59,308 nt of DNA from Thermoleophilia bacterium (GTDB lineage Bacteria > Actinomycetota > Thermoleophilia > RBG-16-64-13): positions 1 to 59,308 of the forward strand of contig JBBRDB010000001.1 in NCBI GenBank assembly GCA_038204345.1. The letters are read 5' to 3'. The notes beneath the pieces are model-generated. The model did not search any database. It had not been told where the DNA came from and was given only the letters and a program-made list of their open reading frames with translations. This document shows positions 29,981 through 44,774 of this stretch, piece by piece (the stretch's first letter is position 1; each line of letters starts with the position of its first letter). The position numbers and the translations under genes are program-made.

Positions 29981-31105
29981 TCAGTCCACGACCGTCCCGG
30001 GATCGAGTGCTGCGTCGGCTACCTGGCGCCCGCCGCCCACCCGACACGCTTCACCCAAGACACTGTTCTGCACGCGCGCCCCTGCCTCGCACTTCACCCG
30101 CTGGGCGAACAGGCTATCGCGCACCTCGCAGCCGGCTTCGATGATGCACTCCTCCCAGAGGATCGAGCGGGACACCACCGACTCGGGCCCCACCACGGTG
30201 CCCTCACCCAAGACCACGGGCCCCTCGATGACCGCACCCGCGGCGATGGAGCACCTGTCGCCGACGAGCACCGGCGCCACCAGGCGGGCACCGTGCTCGA
30301 TGACAACGCCCTCTCCTACGCGGATATCCCCGCGCTCCGCTCCACCCGCATCCTCGTGAGCGGAATGGAGCACCCGCCCCGAAGGTTCGATCCGCACCCT
30401 GCCCGCCAGCGCGTCGAAGTTCCCCTGCCGGTAGTCTTCCAGGCTACCCACGTCGCTCCAGTAGTCTGACGTGGGATGAGTGTGGAAGGCCACATCCTTG
30501 GCGAGCAGATCGTTGAAGACCTGTTTGCCGAAGTCGTAGAAGGTATCGGCGGCGATGTGCTCGAAGATCGCCGGTTCGAAGAGGTATATGCCGCAATTGC
30601 AGAGGTCGGAGAGCGCATCCTTGGTTGCAGGCTTCTCTTGGAACCCGAGGATGCGGCGCTGTTCGTCTACCACGACCACCCCGTACTGCGAGGTGTCCTG
30701 CACCTGCTTGGTGACGAGGGTAGCGATGCCTCCGGTGGAGCGGTGCGAGGCGATCAGCCGGTCCAGGTCGATGTCGGTGAGCGAGTCGCCGCTCATGACC
30801 AGGAAGGCACCCCCCTCGAGGAACGCCTGATTGTTCTTGACGCCGCCGGCCGTACCGAGGAGTTCTTCCTCGTACGCCCAGCGTATGGACATGCCCATCT
30901 GAGACCCGTCGCCGAAGTAGCCGCGGATGGTGTCGGGAAAGTGGTGTAGGTTGATGACCACTTCGGTGACGCTATGCCTGCGCAACAGGTCGAGTATGTG
31001 ACCGAGGGCCGGCCTCCCCGAGATGGGCACCATGGGCTTGGGTAGTGAGCCGGTGAGGGGCATGAGCCGGGTTCCGAGGCCGGCAGCCATGATCATCGCT
31101 CGCAT
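29981..31105 (-). CDS. NDP-sugar pyrophosphorylase (nucleotidyltransferase + left-handed beta-helix; GCD1/ManC-like)
   Basis: [28 protein letters not shown] signature, GTAGG, and C-terminal hexapeptide repeats. ATG 31105 has GGAGG 6 nt upstream and overlaps the mtnA 3' end by 13 nt. Confidence 0.85.
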   Translation of the reverse strand: MRAMIMAAGLGTRLMPLTGSLPKPMVPISGRPALGHILDLLRRHSVTEVVINLHHFPDTIRGYFGDGSQMGMSIRWAYEEELLGTAGGVKNNQAFLEGGAFLVMSGDSLTDIDLDRLIASHRSTGGIATLVTKQVQDTSQYGVVVVDEQRRILGFQEKPATKDALSDLCNCGIYLFEPAIFEHIAADTFYDFGKQVFNDLLAKDVAFHTHPTSDYWSDVGSLEDYRQGNFDALAGRVRIEPSGRVLHSAHEDAGGAERGDIRVGEGVVIEHGARLVAPVLVGDRCSIAAGAVIEGPVVLGEGTVVGPESVVSRSILWEECIIEAGCEVRDSLFAQRVKCEAGARVQNSVLGEACRVGGGRQVADAALDPGTVVD

Positions 31106-32193
31106 CTGTAACCTCCAGAGTCAGCGGCCGCAGACATCACACGAGCCAAGCCCTCCTTGAAGGGCGGGCGGATCACTCCGCGCTCGGTGATGATGGCCGT
31201 AATATTATGGGCGGGAGTCACGTCGAACGCCGGGTTGCGCGCACGTATGCCCACGGGGGCCACCCGGTTCCCGCCGGCATGGGTGACCTCATCGATGTCG
31301 CGTTCCTCGATCGGGATGCCGCTGCCATCAGGCAGAGAAAGATCCACCGTCGAAAGCGGCGCCGCGACGTAGAAGGGGACACCGTGCTCACGCGCGAGCA
31401 CCGACAGCGGATACGTGCCGATCTTGTTGGCCGTGTCACCGTTCGCGGCGATACGATCGGCGCCGACTATCACCTGCGTGACGGCACCCGTACTGAGGAA
31501 GTAGCCGGCCATGCTGTCGGTGATCAACTCCGCAGAGATGCCCTCGTGCAGCAGCTCCCAGGCCGTGAGACGCGCCCCCTGCAGAAACGGACGTGTCTCG
31601 TCTACGAGCACGTGCACGTGGGGCCGGCGCTCGTGCACTGCCCGAATCACGCCGAGGGCCGTGCCGTACCCGGCTGTGGCCAGCGCGCCGGCATTGCAGT
31701 GCGTGAGTATCACCGGTCTTTCCTCCACCACCAAGTCGGCACCATAGCTGCCGATGGATCGACACGACGCCAGGTCGTCCCGGTAGATCCTGAGAGCCAG
31801 CTCCTCCATCTCCTCGACGATGCGGTCCTGGTCTACCTCCGGCCGGCGCCACACACGATCCATCTCGTCGAGAGCCCATGCCAGGTTGACAGCTGTGGGT
31901 CGGGTTGAGAACAGGCCCTTGGTCGCATCCTGAAGCGCGCGCTCGAATTCGCGCCGCTCTGCACGAGCGGCGGCCCGGGCGGCCAGGGCCATGCCCATCG
32001 CGGCGGCCACGCCGATGGCGGGAGCTCCCCTGATCACCATCAAGCGGATGGCCTCCGCGACCTCCTGCCAGGTGGTGCAGACGACGTACTCCTCGCGCAG
32101 AGGCAAGGCGCGCTGGTCGATCATCACGACCGAGCCGCTGCGCCACTCGATGGTGCGCACCTCCGCCGGATGGTCGCTGCCGGTCTCACTCAC
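31093..32193 (-). CDS. mtnA: S-methyl-5-thioribose-1-phosphate isomerase
   Basis: 366 aa. [19 protein letters not shown], catalytic Cys in [10 protein letters not shown] and Asp in [19 protein letters not shown]. Confidence 0.9.
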   Translation of the reverse strand: MSETGSDHPAEVRTIEWRSGSVVMIDQRALPLREEYVVCTTWQEVAEAIRLMVIRGAPAIGVAAAMGMALAARAAARAERREFERALQDATKGLFSTRPTAVNLAWALDEMDRVWRRPEVDQDRIVEEMEELALRIYRDDLASCRSIGSYGADLVVEERPVILTHCNAGALATAGYGTALGVIRAVHERRPHVHVLVDETRPFLQGARLTAWELLHEGISAELITDSMAGYFLSTGAVTQVIVGADRIAANGDTANKIGTYPLSVLAREHGVPFYVAAPLSTVDLSLPDGSGIPIEERDIDEVTHAGGNRVAPVGIRARNPAFDVTPAHNITAIITERGVIRPPFKEGLARVMSAAADSGGYRCER

Positions 32194-32249
32194 GTGGGAT
32201 ATCTCCGCCGTACTCGTCGCTCCTTAAGGTGCGTCACTCCGTTGCCGGC

Positions 32250-33515
<1,266 letters not shown>

Positions 33516-34301
33516 GTATCGTCCTTTCTCTTCGGTGCCGCCCACTGGGCGGCCCGCGTCTACAGACTCTTCTATTGGCATAACGTCGGCAGGTGTAACC
33601 ACGCCGGCCGCGACTCGGAACCCGAGGTGGGCGGCCAGGATCGCCACCGGGACCAGTTCCGATGAGACCGCGGCGAACTCCTGCGCTTCCTCGAGGAAAC
33701 CGGCGGCCACCACTCGCGACTCGAACGGAGTCAGGTCGAGTTCATCTCGCACTCCGGCCACCACCCCCTCTCGCGCCGCGAGCGGGGGCGCGAGCAGCGC
33801 CGTCACCAGCGCGGGCTCGTAGAGCCCGGCCGTGACCGGGAAGCGTGGCCCGAGCGAATCGTCGTTCGGCCCGCTCAGGGGTGACTCCCACGTCAAGTTG
33901 GCGTGATCGGTGACCGCGATCACCCCCGCGTCGGCGGGAGCCGCCGGAGCCGGATAGGTCGCCGAGCCGGCCGCGGCGGCCGAGGCGGCGGGAGCTTCGG
34001 AGGCCGGCAAGGCCGCCGAATGGACCAAAGTGGCTGCGAGCGCGGCGGCCACGGACCTGCCCACACACACATACCCCACCGTCGATTGGCGGGGATCCCG
34101 CGGCCTGAGGGCGCTGCTCGGACCCAGGCCGAGCAGCGCCCTTCGCAAAGCGTGTACTTCTGCCTGACTCTGACGGCGCCTCAGGTTACGCACCCCTACC
34201 GATTCCAGTTCGATGACTTCCCCGTCGCGGCCTGCAAGGTAGCGCGCCAGCACGCGGCCTTGAGCCAACCGAGAGGCTCCCGGACTCAGCAACACCCTCA
34301 C
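33516..34301 (-). CDS. degenerate PunA-type purine-nucleoside-phosphorylase-like module, in frame with ahcY and with no stop between them
   Basis: 262 codons from GTG 34301, which forms a GTGA overlap with the LCP stop. [34 protein letters not shown] matches the PNP block DHiNL..nPL.GPN....G.RFP....Y. TPFES and [19 protein letters not shown] match GPxFET and GMStVPEv..A...G. The phosphate-site and base-site residues look substituted. Confidence 0.5.
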
Positions 34302-36022
34302 GGCAGCGAGATCATCGAGCCGGCTAGGTCCAGCAAAGCGTCCCGGTCGAGACGGTATCCGAGTGCGTTGGCCACCCAATACAGGACCCCGTCCTTCTTC
34401 CACCAGACGCGCTCGACGCGTCCACCGGAGGCGACGACCGTGAAGACCGTGCCGTTCTGAGTCACCTCTTCGCCGGGAGCCGCCGCCGGAGCGTCGACGA
34501 AGGTGGTCTCCATCACTCCCAGGTATTGATCTTCTCGACCGACGCGGAAGATGACCTTGAGCGCCGGGAAGGAACCGTCATCGCTCTGGATCTCGTACAG
34601 GCGGCTGTCGCGATACTCGAACCCTTCGGGGAGGAACGCCGGCGCCATGAGAGGGAACGAGGCACGAGCCGCATCCTCCTTCCATGGTCGCGAGTCAGGG
34701 ATGTTGTCGACGGTGGCAGCCGGCCGGAACTCGGGAGGAAGAGCGAAATCCGCCCCCAACACGACTGAGATGACAGCGCCGGTGTTGTCTTCCCGCACCC
34801 TGTTGATGCCCAGGGCCTCGGCGACGCGCTCAGCTTCCCCCGACCGAGCGGCCGGGTGTAGGACGGAGGATTGGGCGTTGTCGTGACTCTTGGCGTCGCC
34901 CACGCGACCCACGACGGCGCCCATCGACTGCAGCCATGCGCCCGCACCGGCGGCCTCGCCCGAGCGACCGTTCCCGTTGAACACGTTCACGGTCATGCCG
35001 GTGAGATCAGTATGTGCGGCCGTCGTGCTGGTGGTCGATGAGTCGTCCGAGCCGTCGGCGTTACCCGGAGTGGTGGTGCCGGTCTGGTCTGGAGCCGGAG
35101 AGGGCGCGGTGACCAGGTCCCGCGCCGCTGCGCGCACAGCCTCTTCGGTGGCGACCACATACGAGCCTCCTCCGATCTCCTGGACGTCCGCCTCGAGTGT
35201 CACCTGCTTGATGCGCGACCTGTCAAGCCGGAGGCCCCAAAGAGCCAGGTTCAGAGCCTGGGCGGTCTTGATGTCGGTTGAAGAGTTGCGGGCGATGAGC
35301 TGAACGAGTTCAGGGATCTTTAGCGCTGCGTCCCACTTCGAGATCTGCTCGCGAGCCGCCTGCAAAAAGCGTTGCTGACGCTCAATGCGGCCGAAGTCAC
35401 CGCTGTTGTCGTGCCGGAAGCGGACATAATCCAACGCCTGCTCGCCGCCCAGTCGTTGGTAGCCGGGCTGGATATCGATATTCTCGTAGTCGATGCCCCC
35501 GTAGAAGTAGCGCCTGTCGACGTCGATGTAGACTCCCCCGAGTGCCGAGGTGATCGAACGGAAGGCCTCGAAGTCCACGTTGATGTAGTGGTCCAAGTCG
35601 AGGCCCGTGATCCCCTGCACCGTCCTGATGGATAAAGCCGGTCCGCCGAAGGCGAACGCCGCATTGATCTTCTGCATGCCGTAATCCGGAACCCGGACCC
35701 GTAGGTCGCGCGGAAGAGACAGCACCGAGACGAAGTCCTCTGCCGGATCGACATGCACGATCATGAGGGTGTCGGAACGACCGTATTCCTCGTCTTCGCC
35801 TTCCCGCGAGTCCGACCCCAAGATAAGGATGTCCTGTGCGTCCGGCTTCTCGAGCGCCGGGTCGACCACGGATGTGTCGTCCGGCTGTTGGATGACGCTC
35901 ACCGCCGCCGAATCGCCGGGCCCCTGGTTGGCCTCCCGCACCTGCATGTCGAGCCACACGTATACGCCCCCCGCCGCCACGAGCACGAAGCCCATGACGA
36001 ACAGCAGCGTAACGAGGGCCAC
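34298..36022 (-). CDS. LytR-CpsA-Psr (LCP) family cell-envelope phosphotransferase with LytR_C and an extra C-terminal domain
   Basis: TM helix, then LCP core (ILILGSDSR...[11 protein letters not shown]...LPRDL...KINAAF). LytR_C-like [13 protein letters not shown] follows. The final ~150 aa resembles a DUF4367-type domain. Confidence 0.88.
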   Translation of the reverse strand: MALVTLLFVMGFVLVAAGGVYVWLDMQVREANQGPGDSAAVSVIQQPDDTSVVDPALEKPDAQDILILGSDSREGEDEEYGRSDTLMIVHVDPAEDFVSVLSLPRDLRVRVPDYGMQKINAAFAFGGPALSIRTVQGITGLDLDHYINVDFEAFRSITSALGGVYIDVDRRYFYGGIDYENIDIQPGYQRLGGEQALDYVRFRHDNSGDFGRIERQQRFLQAAREQISKWDAALKIPELVQLIARNSSTDIKTAQALNLALWGLRLDRSRIKQVTLEADVQEIGGGSYVVATEEAVRAAARDLVTAPSPAPDQTGTTTPGNADGSDDSSTTSTTAAHTDLTGMTVNVFNGNGRSGEAAGAGAWLQSMGAVVGRVGDAKSHDNAQSSVLHPAARSGEAERVAEALGINRVREDNTGAVISVVLGADFALPPEFRPAATVDNIPDSRPWKEDAARASFPLMAPAFLPEGFEYRDSRLYEIQSDDGSFPALKVIFRVGREDQYLGVMETTFVDAPAAAPGEEVTQNGTVFTVVASGGRVERVWWKKDGVLYWVANALGYRLDRDALLDLAGSMISLP

Positions 36023-36136
36023 CCGAACCCAGCGCTGCGGCGCCGACCTACGGACAGCGTAGACTGTATATGGTTTCTGCTTCAGACTGGCGCTCCGCGT
36101 CGTACGAGCTGCATCCGGCAGCGTGGAGTCTAGATT

Positions 36137-37438
36137 CTACCGCGTCAAAGAAGGGGAACCAACGCGACCGTGCCCGGTGCGCTCAAGGTCGGCGCCCAGG
36201 GTCGAGAGCTTATCCTCTAAGCGCTCGTAACCCCTGTCTATGTGGAACACATCGCGTATCTCCGTGCTCCCCTCGGCCACCAGTCCGGCCAGCACGAGTG
36301 CGGCGCCTGCACGCAGATCGGGACACCGGACGATCGCACCCGTAAGAGATCGGCCCCCGTTCACCACCGCGTGGTGGCCGGCCACCTTGATGTCGGCCCC
36401 GAGGCGGATGAGTTCGTCGACGAAGCCGAAACGATTCTCAAACACGTTCTCGGTGACGATGGCCGCTCCTCGCGCTATCGACAGCAGCACCATCATCTGC
36501 GCCTGGAGATCGGTGGGAAAGCCCGGATGCGGCAGCGTCGCGACGTCGGTGGTCGCGTAGTACTGAGGATCACCCCAGGCACGGATCTTCCGCTGACTGT
36601 CCTGTACCTGCACACCTATCGCCCTCAGCTTGCTCAGGAACATGTCAAGGTGGTGCGGGCTGATGCCGTCCACCTCGACATCGCCGCCGGTGAGTGCGCC
36701 TGCGATCAGAAAGGTGCCCGCCTCGATCCGGTCGCCGATGACGGTGTGCTCAGCCGGCTCCATGCCGGCCACACCCCGCACGGTTATCTGAGAGGTGCCG
36801 GCCCCCTGCACGTCGGCGCCCATGCTCACCAGGAACTTACCCAGATCGACGATCTCCGGCTCGCGCGCCGCGTTGTCGATCACCGTCACGCCATCGGCCA
36901 GCACCGAGGCCATGAGCAGGTTCTCAGTCGCGCCGACGCTCGGATACTCGAGTACGATGGGCACGCCCACCAGACGCGCGGCGGTCACTTCGACGAAGCC
37001 GTGTTCGGAGGACACGACGGCCCCTAGCTGCTCGAGTCCCCGCAGATGAAAGTCGATCTTGCGCGGTCCGAGGTTGCACCCTCCGGGCATGGCCACCCGA
37101 CTGCGCCCGAAACGAGCTACGAGTGGGCCCATGATCTGGAACGAGGCGCGCATCTTCTGCACGAGCTCGTACGGAGCGGCGTGGGGCTCCACTGCTGTCG
37201 TATCGATGGTCAAGATACCCGCTTCGAAGTGCACACGGGCACCCAGATACTCGAGGACGTCGCTCATCGTATGCACGTCTTCGATGTCGGGAACGTTGTG
37301 AAGAACGCTCGTACCGTCGGCGAGCAGGCTGGCGGCCATGAGTTTCAGAGCGGAGTTCTTGGCTCCCGAGACCTTGACACTGCCGACGAGGCGCCGCCCA
37401 CCGCGAACGACGTAGCGGGAGTCATCCGGGTCATTCAT
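36137..37438 (-). CDS. murA: UDP-N-acetylglucosamine 1-carboxyvinyltransferase
   Basis: 433 aa. VSGAKNSALKLMAA, active-site Cys in MPGGCNLGPRKIDFHL. Confidence 0.95.
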   Translation of the reverse strand: MNDPDDSRYVVRGGRRLVGSVKVSGAKNSALKLMAASLLADGTSVLHNVPDIEDVHTMSDVLEYLGARVHFEAGILTIDTTAVEPHAAPYELVQKMRASFQIMGPLVARFGRSRVAMPGGCNLGPRKIDFHLRGLEQLGAVVSSEHGFVEVTAARLVGVPIVLEYPSVGATENLLMASVLADGVTVIDNAAREPEIVDLGKFLVSMGADVQGAGTSQITVRGVAGMEPAEHTVIGDRIEAGTFLIAGALTGGDVEVDGISPHHLDMFLSKLRAIGVQVQDSQRKIRAWGDPQYYATTDVATLPHPGFPTDLQAQMMVLLSIARGAAIVTENVFENRFGFVDELIRLGADIKVAGHHAVVNGGRSLTGAIVRCPDLRAGAALVLAGLVAEGSTEIRDVFHIDRGYERLEDKLSTLGADLERTGHGRVGSPSLTR

Positions 37439-37462
37439 GGTGCGAGACTAGCCCTTTCATAG

Positions 37463-37493
37463 AGCGAGGGCAACCCCAGGGGCCGCCCTCGCT
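37463..37493 (-). terminator. stem-loop between atpC and murA
   Basis: Perfect 9-bp inverted repeat AGCGAGGGC / GCCCTCGCT with a 13-nt loop, 26 nt after the atpC stop. Confidence 0.45.
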
Positions 37494-37518
37494 GGGTCCA
37501 CAACGGTGTGCGTGGAGA

Positions 37519-37953
37519 TCAGGTCTTCTTCACAACCGCCAGGCGGTTCTTAGCGCGCTTCAGAGCCATGGTCTCGCGGAACGCGTCGATCTCTTCGTCA
37601 ACGGCCGCACCGTTCTTGATCTGTGCCAGACGCTCCTCAGCGCGGGTAAGCGCCTCGTGCGCCCTCTGCGAATCGATCTCAGACGCAAGCTCGGCTGCGT
37701 CGGCCAGGACTATCACCTTGTCGAACTGCACCTTCATAAAACCCTCGGCCACGGCCAACGACAACCACGTGTCGTCGAGGGTCTTCACGCGTATCTCACC
37801 GATCGCGAGACGCGCGACCACGGGCGCGTGCCGCGGCAGGATGCCCATCTCCCCGCGCTCCGCAGGGACGACCACCATCGCCACGTCGCCGTCGAAGACA
37901 AGCCCATCCGGCGAGACCACTTCCAAGCGCAGGAAGTGTCTGTCGTCGGCCAC
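37519..37953 (-). CDS. atpC: F1 ATP synthase epsilon subunit
   Basis: 144 aa. LEVVSPDGLVFDGDVAMVVVPAERGEMGILPRHAP pattern. Last gene of the atp operon. Confidence 0.93.
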   Translation of the reverse strand: MADDRHFLRLEVVSPDGLVFDGDVAMVVVPAERGEMGILPRHAPVVARLAIGEIRVKTLDDTWLSLAVAEGFMKVQFDKVIVLADAAELASEIDSQRAHEALTRAEERLAQIKNGAAVDEEIDAFRETMALKRAKNRLAVVKKT

Positions 37954-37956
37954 GGG

Positions 37957-39426
<1,470 letters not shown>

Positions 39427-39441
39427 TCATGGTCGTTCGGG

Positions 39442-40329
39442 TCAGGATAGGGCGTCGGCCCCCGCCACCACCTCGAGGATCTCCTGGGTGATGGAGGCCT
39501 GCCGGGCTCTGTTCATAGCCAACGTAAGCCGGTCGATCATCTCTCCCGCGCTCTCGGACGCGTTGCGCATGGCGGTCATACGGGCGCCATGTTCACTCGC
39601 GGTGCTCTCGAGGAGTGCGCGGTAAACCGTCATCTCCACGTAACTCGGCAGCAGGTCGTTCAGGATGACCTCGGCCTCCGGCTCGAAGAGGAAATCCATA
39701 TGCGGAGCGGCATCGTCGGGAGTGTAGGTCGCCACCACCTGCTCCTGCAGTGGAAGAATCACCTGCTCGGTGACCCGCTGTTCCATCGCGCTCACAAAAT
39801 GGTTGAACACGAGGATCACGCGGTCCACTGCCTGAGTCGTGTAGAGTTCGGCCACCCGGTTAGCCAGCGACTGGGCGTCCGAGAAGGTGGGGCGGTCGGT
39901 GATGCCCGCATATGTGCCCGCGACGGGGACGTCCTGGAAACGGAAGGTACCCACGCCTCTCTTACCTACGACGATGAGCTCCACCTCGATGCCATGGCTC
40001 TCATACTCGCGCCGACGCTCCTGCGTCAGCCGGACGATGTTCGAGTTGAACGCCCCGCAGAGACCGCGGTCGGCGGTAAGCGCCACCAGCGCGACCCGGC
40101 GCACCTCCTCGTGCTGTCTGAGCAGCGGGAAGCGCTCTGTATCAACGTCGATGTACTTGGCCAGACCGGCGATGAACTCCATCATGTGAACGGCATAGGG
40201 TCGAGTGGCCTCGATGCGCATCTGCGCGCGGCGCAGACGGGCGGCGGCCACCATCTCCATGGCCTTGGTGATCTTCTTGGTGTTCTGTACGGAGGTGATC
40301 CTCCGCTTGATGTCTCTTTGTGAGGCCAT
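39442..40329 (-). CDS. atpG: F1 ATP synthase gamma subunit
   Basis: 295 aa. MASQRDIKRRITSVQNTKKITKAMEMVAAA and C-terminal ITQEILEVVAGA. Confidence 0.95.
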   Translation of the reverse strand: MASQRDIKRRITSVQNTKKITKAMEMVAAARLRRAQMRIEATRPYAVHMMEFIAGLAKYIDVDTERFPLLRQHEEVRRVALVALTADRGLCGAFNSNIVRLTQERRREYESHGIEVELIVVGKRGVGTFRFQDVPVAGTYAGITDRPTFSDAQSLANRVAELYTTQAVDRVILVFNHFVSAMEQRVTEQVILPLQEQVVATYTPDDAAPHMDFLFEPEAEVILNDLLPSYVEMTVYRALLESTASEHGARMTAMRNASESAGEMIDRLTLAMNRARQASITQEILEVVAGADALS

Positions 40330-40344
40330 CTGCTCGTCTGGGCC

Positions 40345-41872
<1,528 letters not shown>

Positions 41873-41889
<17 letters not shown>

Positions 41890-42445
41890 CAGAACCCTCC
41901 AACCTTGCCGTGGGGCTTACCAAGCGGGCGCGCAGGCCCTCCAGCCGATGCCGGAGGCTCGCATCCGCGATCCGATCTCCAATGCGAAGCTTCACCCCCC
42001 CGAGGACGGTTTCGTCCACCGTAAGGGTCAGCTCCACCTTCTTCCCGAGAGACGACTCCAAGGACTTGACCAGTCTATCTCGCATCGCGTCCGGCACGGG
42101 CACAGCTGTAGCCAATTCCACCTTCACGAGCCCGGCGTCGTCTTCAGCCCGCTGCACGAACACGTCGAACGCCTCTTCCAGCACCGACTCTCGATCCTTG
42201 TCCACGAGTAAGCGCAGGAAGTTGCGGACCAGGCTCTCCCCCCCTTCGGTCAGTTGCATGAGGGCCGACTTCTTCTCCTCGCCGGGCATCTGTTCGTCCA
42301 GCAGAAGGGCCCGCAACTCGCCGGACTGCGCGAGGGCGTCTACGAATGCGGTGAGGTCTCTGCGGACCGCGGCGGTCTTATCCGCATCGACGGCGGCCTC
42401 GTAGAGGGCCCCGGCGTACACTCTGGCAATCCTGGTCTGGCTCAC
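41873..42445 (-). CDS. atpH: F1 ATP synthase delta (OSCP) subunit
   Basis: 190 aa. [13 protein letters not shown] start and C-terminal [17 protein letters not shown]. 17-nt overlap with atpA. Confidence 0.9.
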
Positions 42446-42457
42446 CCGTCTCTCTTC

Positions 42458-42964
42458 CTAGTTCTCGCTGAACTTGCCCAAGTCGATCTCGGCGATCGCC
42501 TCGTTGATCAGGTCCAGGTGGTCCTTCTCGGTGAGGCTCTTCTTCGTCACCTTCTCGGTGGCGGCCAACGTGAGCGACGCAATATCGGACTTGATCTCCT
42601 GCAGCGCTTGGCGGGTATCGCGTTCGATCTGCTCGTGAGCCTTCTCGATGGCACGCTCGGCCTGCGCTTTGGCCTCCTCCAGGATCTCTCCCTTGGTGCT
42701 CTCGCCCACCTTGCGCGCACGCTCCAGGATGTCCTCACTCTCCTGTCGAGCGGTAGCGAGCTGTTTCTTGTAATCCTCCAGAAGCGTGTGAGCCTCTTCG
42801 CGCAGACGCTCCGACTCTCTGATCGATGAGTGGATCTCATCCTGACGCTGCTTCTGAAGCGCCATCAACGGCCCGAAGGCGAACTTGTAAAGAAGGAAAA
42901 CCAGAAGGATGAAGGTCACCATCGACCAGATGAACAACCCCGGGTCTATCTCAAAGATCTGCAT
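42458..42964 (-). CDS. atpF: Fo ATP synthase subunit b
   Basis: Trimmed to ATG 42964 (GAGG 5 nt upstream). One N-terminal TM helix, then a long charged helix. Confidence 0.88.
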   Translation of the reverse strand: MQIFEIDPGLFIWSMVTFILLVFLLYKFAFGPLMALQKQRQDEIHSSIRESERLREEAHTLLEDYKKQLATARQESEDILERARKVGESTKGEILEEAKAQAERAIEKAHEQIERDTRQALQEIKSDIASLTLAATEKVTKKSLTEKDHLDLINEAIAEIDLGKFSEN

Positions 42965-43036
42965 ACTCGCCTCAAGTTTCTCCTCAGTGGTGATCGCGCC
43001 GGGGGCCTGCCGGCCCCCGGCGCCCAATCAGGTCTC

Positions 43037-43267
43037 CTAGCTGGCGACCGCCAGGAGGATGGCGATGACGAAAGCGTACAGCGCGAGCGCTTCGGCCAGA
43101 GCCACACCGATGATCATGGCGGTACGGATGTCACCGGAGGCTTCCGGCTGCCGAGCGATAGCATCGGCGGTGCGTCCGGTCATGTAGCCGATACCCAGGC
43201 CGGGGCCTAAGGTAGCGAGACCCATCCCCAGACCGGCGGCAAGTTTGGCTGCGGTTTCAGCATCCAC
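43037..43267 (-). CDS. atpE: Fo ATP synthase subunit c
   Basis: 76-aa helical hairpin. GxGxGxG (GLGMGLATLGPGLGIG), loop ARQPE, carboxylate E in ALAEALAL. Confidence 0.93.
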   Translation of the reverse strand: MDAETAAKLAAGLGMGLATLGPGLGIGYMTGRTADAIARQPEASGDIRTAMIIGVALAEALALYAFVIAILLAVAS

Positions 43268-43294
43268 TTGGTACTACTCCTTTCGTAGGATTGC

Positions 43295-44089
43295 TTAGTG
43301 GCCCGCGTAGATCGCGGACTCTATGTAGATCACCGAGAGGAGCGCGAAGATGTAGGCCTGTATGAAGGCCACAAAGATCTCGAACCCGTTCATCGCCAGC
43401 ACGAACGCGAGGGGGGGGATTGCGATCAGGTAGCTCTGGAACTCGATCACAAGGCCCAGCATCACGAGGATGACCAGGTGACCCGCGATCGTGTTGCCGA
43501 ACAACCGGATAGCTAGCGAGAGGGGCTTGAAGAGCTCGCCCATCAGGTGAACCACGAAGAACACGAGGTTCAGCGGGATGGCCAGGGCCTTGGGCACACC
43601 CGGAGGGGTGAGCCAGGAGCCGAGGTATCCGCGGAACCCGTGACGGCGGAAGCCCTGGAACTGCACCACGAGGAACACGATGAACGCCATGCCGAAGGTG
43701 ACGTTGATGTTCGCGGTGGGCGTGTAGGGCTTGAGTATCTCAGGCTTTGGAATCAAGCCGAGAATGTTCATTGTGAAGATGTAGGCGAAGATCGTGAGGA
43801 TCAGGTAGTAGTACTTCTTACCCTTCTCACCTATCTGGCCGGTGAGATGACCTGTTGCGAAGTTCAGGAGTATTTCGCCGATCGTCTGCAGTGTGTCGGG
43901 CTGTTTCCTCAGCCGTCTGCTGATGATGAAGAAGAAGACGAACACCACGAGTGCCGACAGCCACATGTAGATGACGGCGTTCGAGATGGAAAAATCGATC
44001 GGCCCGAGCTTGGGCAGCTGGATCACTTGCTGCACGTTCAGCTCGTGAAGAGCCTCAGTGACCTTGCTGACTTCACCTTCCGCAGACAC
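43295..44089 (-). CDS. atpB: Fo ATP synthase subunit a
   Basis: 264 aa, polytopic. Conserved Arg segment LSLAIRLFGNTIAGH. Confidence 0.93.
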   Translation of the reverse strand: MSAEGEVSKVTEALHELNVQQVIQLPKLGPIDFSISNAVIYMWLSALVVFVFFFIISRRLRKQPDTLQTIGEILLNFATGHLTGQIGEKGKKYYYLILTIFAYIFTMNILGLIPKPEILKPYTPTANINVTFGMAFIVFLVVQFQGFRRHGFRGYLGSWLTPPGVPKALAIPLNLVFFVVHLMGELFKPLSLAIRLFGNTIAGHLVILVMLGLVIEFQSYLIAIPPLAFVLAMNGFEIFVAFIQAYIFALLSVIYIESAIYAGH

Positions 44090-44101
44090 GCGACACTCCT
44101 T

Positions 44102-44395
44102 CTAGAGCAGGACTTGCGAGGAGATACGGGGGCCGTTGCCCTTCTTGGCATAGCGATACAGAGCATATCCGCTCAAGATGGTAAACAGGGCGACGAACGC
44201 CACCGCGACGGCGAGCACGTCGAGCGGTGTAAGGAAGTGGATGCCCACCAACACGAGGCCCGCAAGGATGATGCGGCCGATAAAGGCTCCCACTGCGAGC
44301 AGAGCGGCGGTGCCGCTCGCGCGGCTTGAAAGCCATGATTGTGAACGAGACGATGCAAGATGGTAGAGCACGGCCATGAATACCCCCACGGCCAC
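44102..44395 (-). CDS. atpI: small membrane protein in the AtpI position
   Basis: 97 aa with 3-4 hydrophobic helices, directly upstream of atpB. Called from position and hydrophobicity only. Confidence 0.5.
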   Translation of the reverse strand: MAVGVFMAVLYHLASSRSQSWLSSRASGTAALLAVGAFIGRIILAGLVLVGIHFLTPLDVLAVAVAFVALFTILSGYALYRYAKKGNGPRISSQVLL

Positions 44396-44461
44396 GGATG
44401 CCAGCGTCAGTGTCAGTTTCTCCCTCCACCTTTCCAGCGTTCGGCGCCCGGCGTGGGCGAT

Positions 44462-44704
44462 TCAACCGTCTTCCTCTTCCTCGTCTGTCTTGTGCTCAGC
44501 ACGACTCGCAGAGGTGAGCATGCGGATCATGTTGATGAAACCCAGGGCCGCCCCGACGAACACGCCCCCAACCATCAGCCAAGGGTCGGTGTTGAACAGA
44601 CGATCGAGCAGATACCCGCCACCTGTGAACAGAAGCACGTATGAAACGAGGGTGAACCCGATCCCGCTCACCTGCGAAAGGTCACGAAGAGGGTCCCTAC
44701 TCAT
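44462..44704 (-). CDS. AtpZ/AtpI-family small membrane protein (ATPase gene 1 type)
   Basis: Trimmed to ATG 44704, because the rest of the track ORF would contain the promoter. LSQVSGIGFTLVSYVLLFTGGGYLLD...PWLMVGGVFVGAALGF two-helix pattern. Confidence 0.62.
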   Translation of the reverse strand: MSRDPLRDLSQVSGIGFTLVSYVLLFTGGGYLLDRLFNTDPWLMVGGVFVGAALGFINMIRMLTSASRAEHKTDEEEEDG

Positions 44705-44719
44705 CTCAAGAGCCGCCCC

Positions 44720-44748
44720 ATTATAGGCAGTGATGGGCACCTTGGCAA
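44720..44748 (-). promoter_or_regulatory. near-consensus sigma70 promoter of the atp operon
   Basis: Minus strand: TTGCCA (44748-44743), exactly 17 nt, TATAAT (44725-44720). ATG 44704 lies 15 nt downstream, so the leader would be about 8 nt with no SD. Confidence 0.55.
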
Positions 44749-44774
44749 GAATACAGCCAAGTTCTTTTCCCGGT

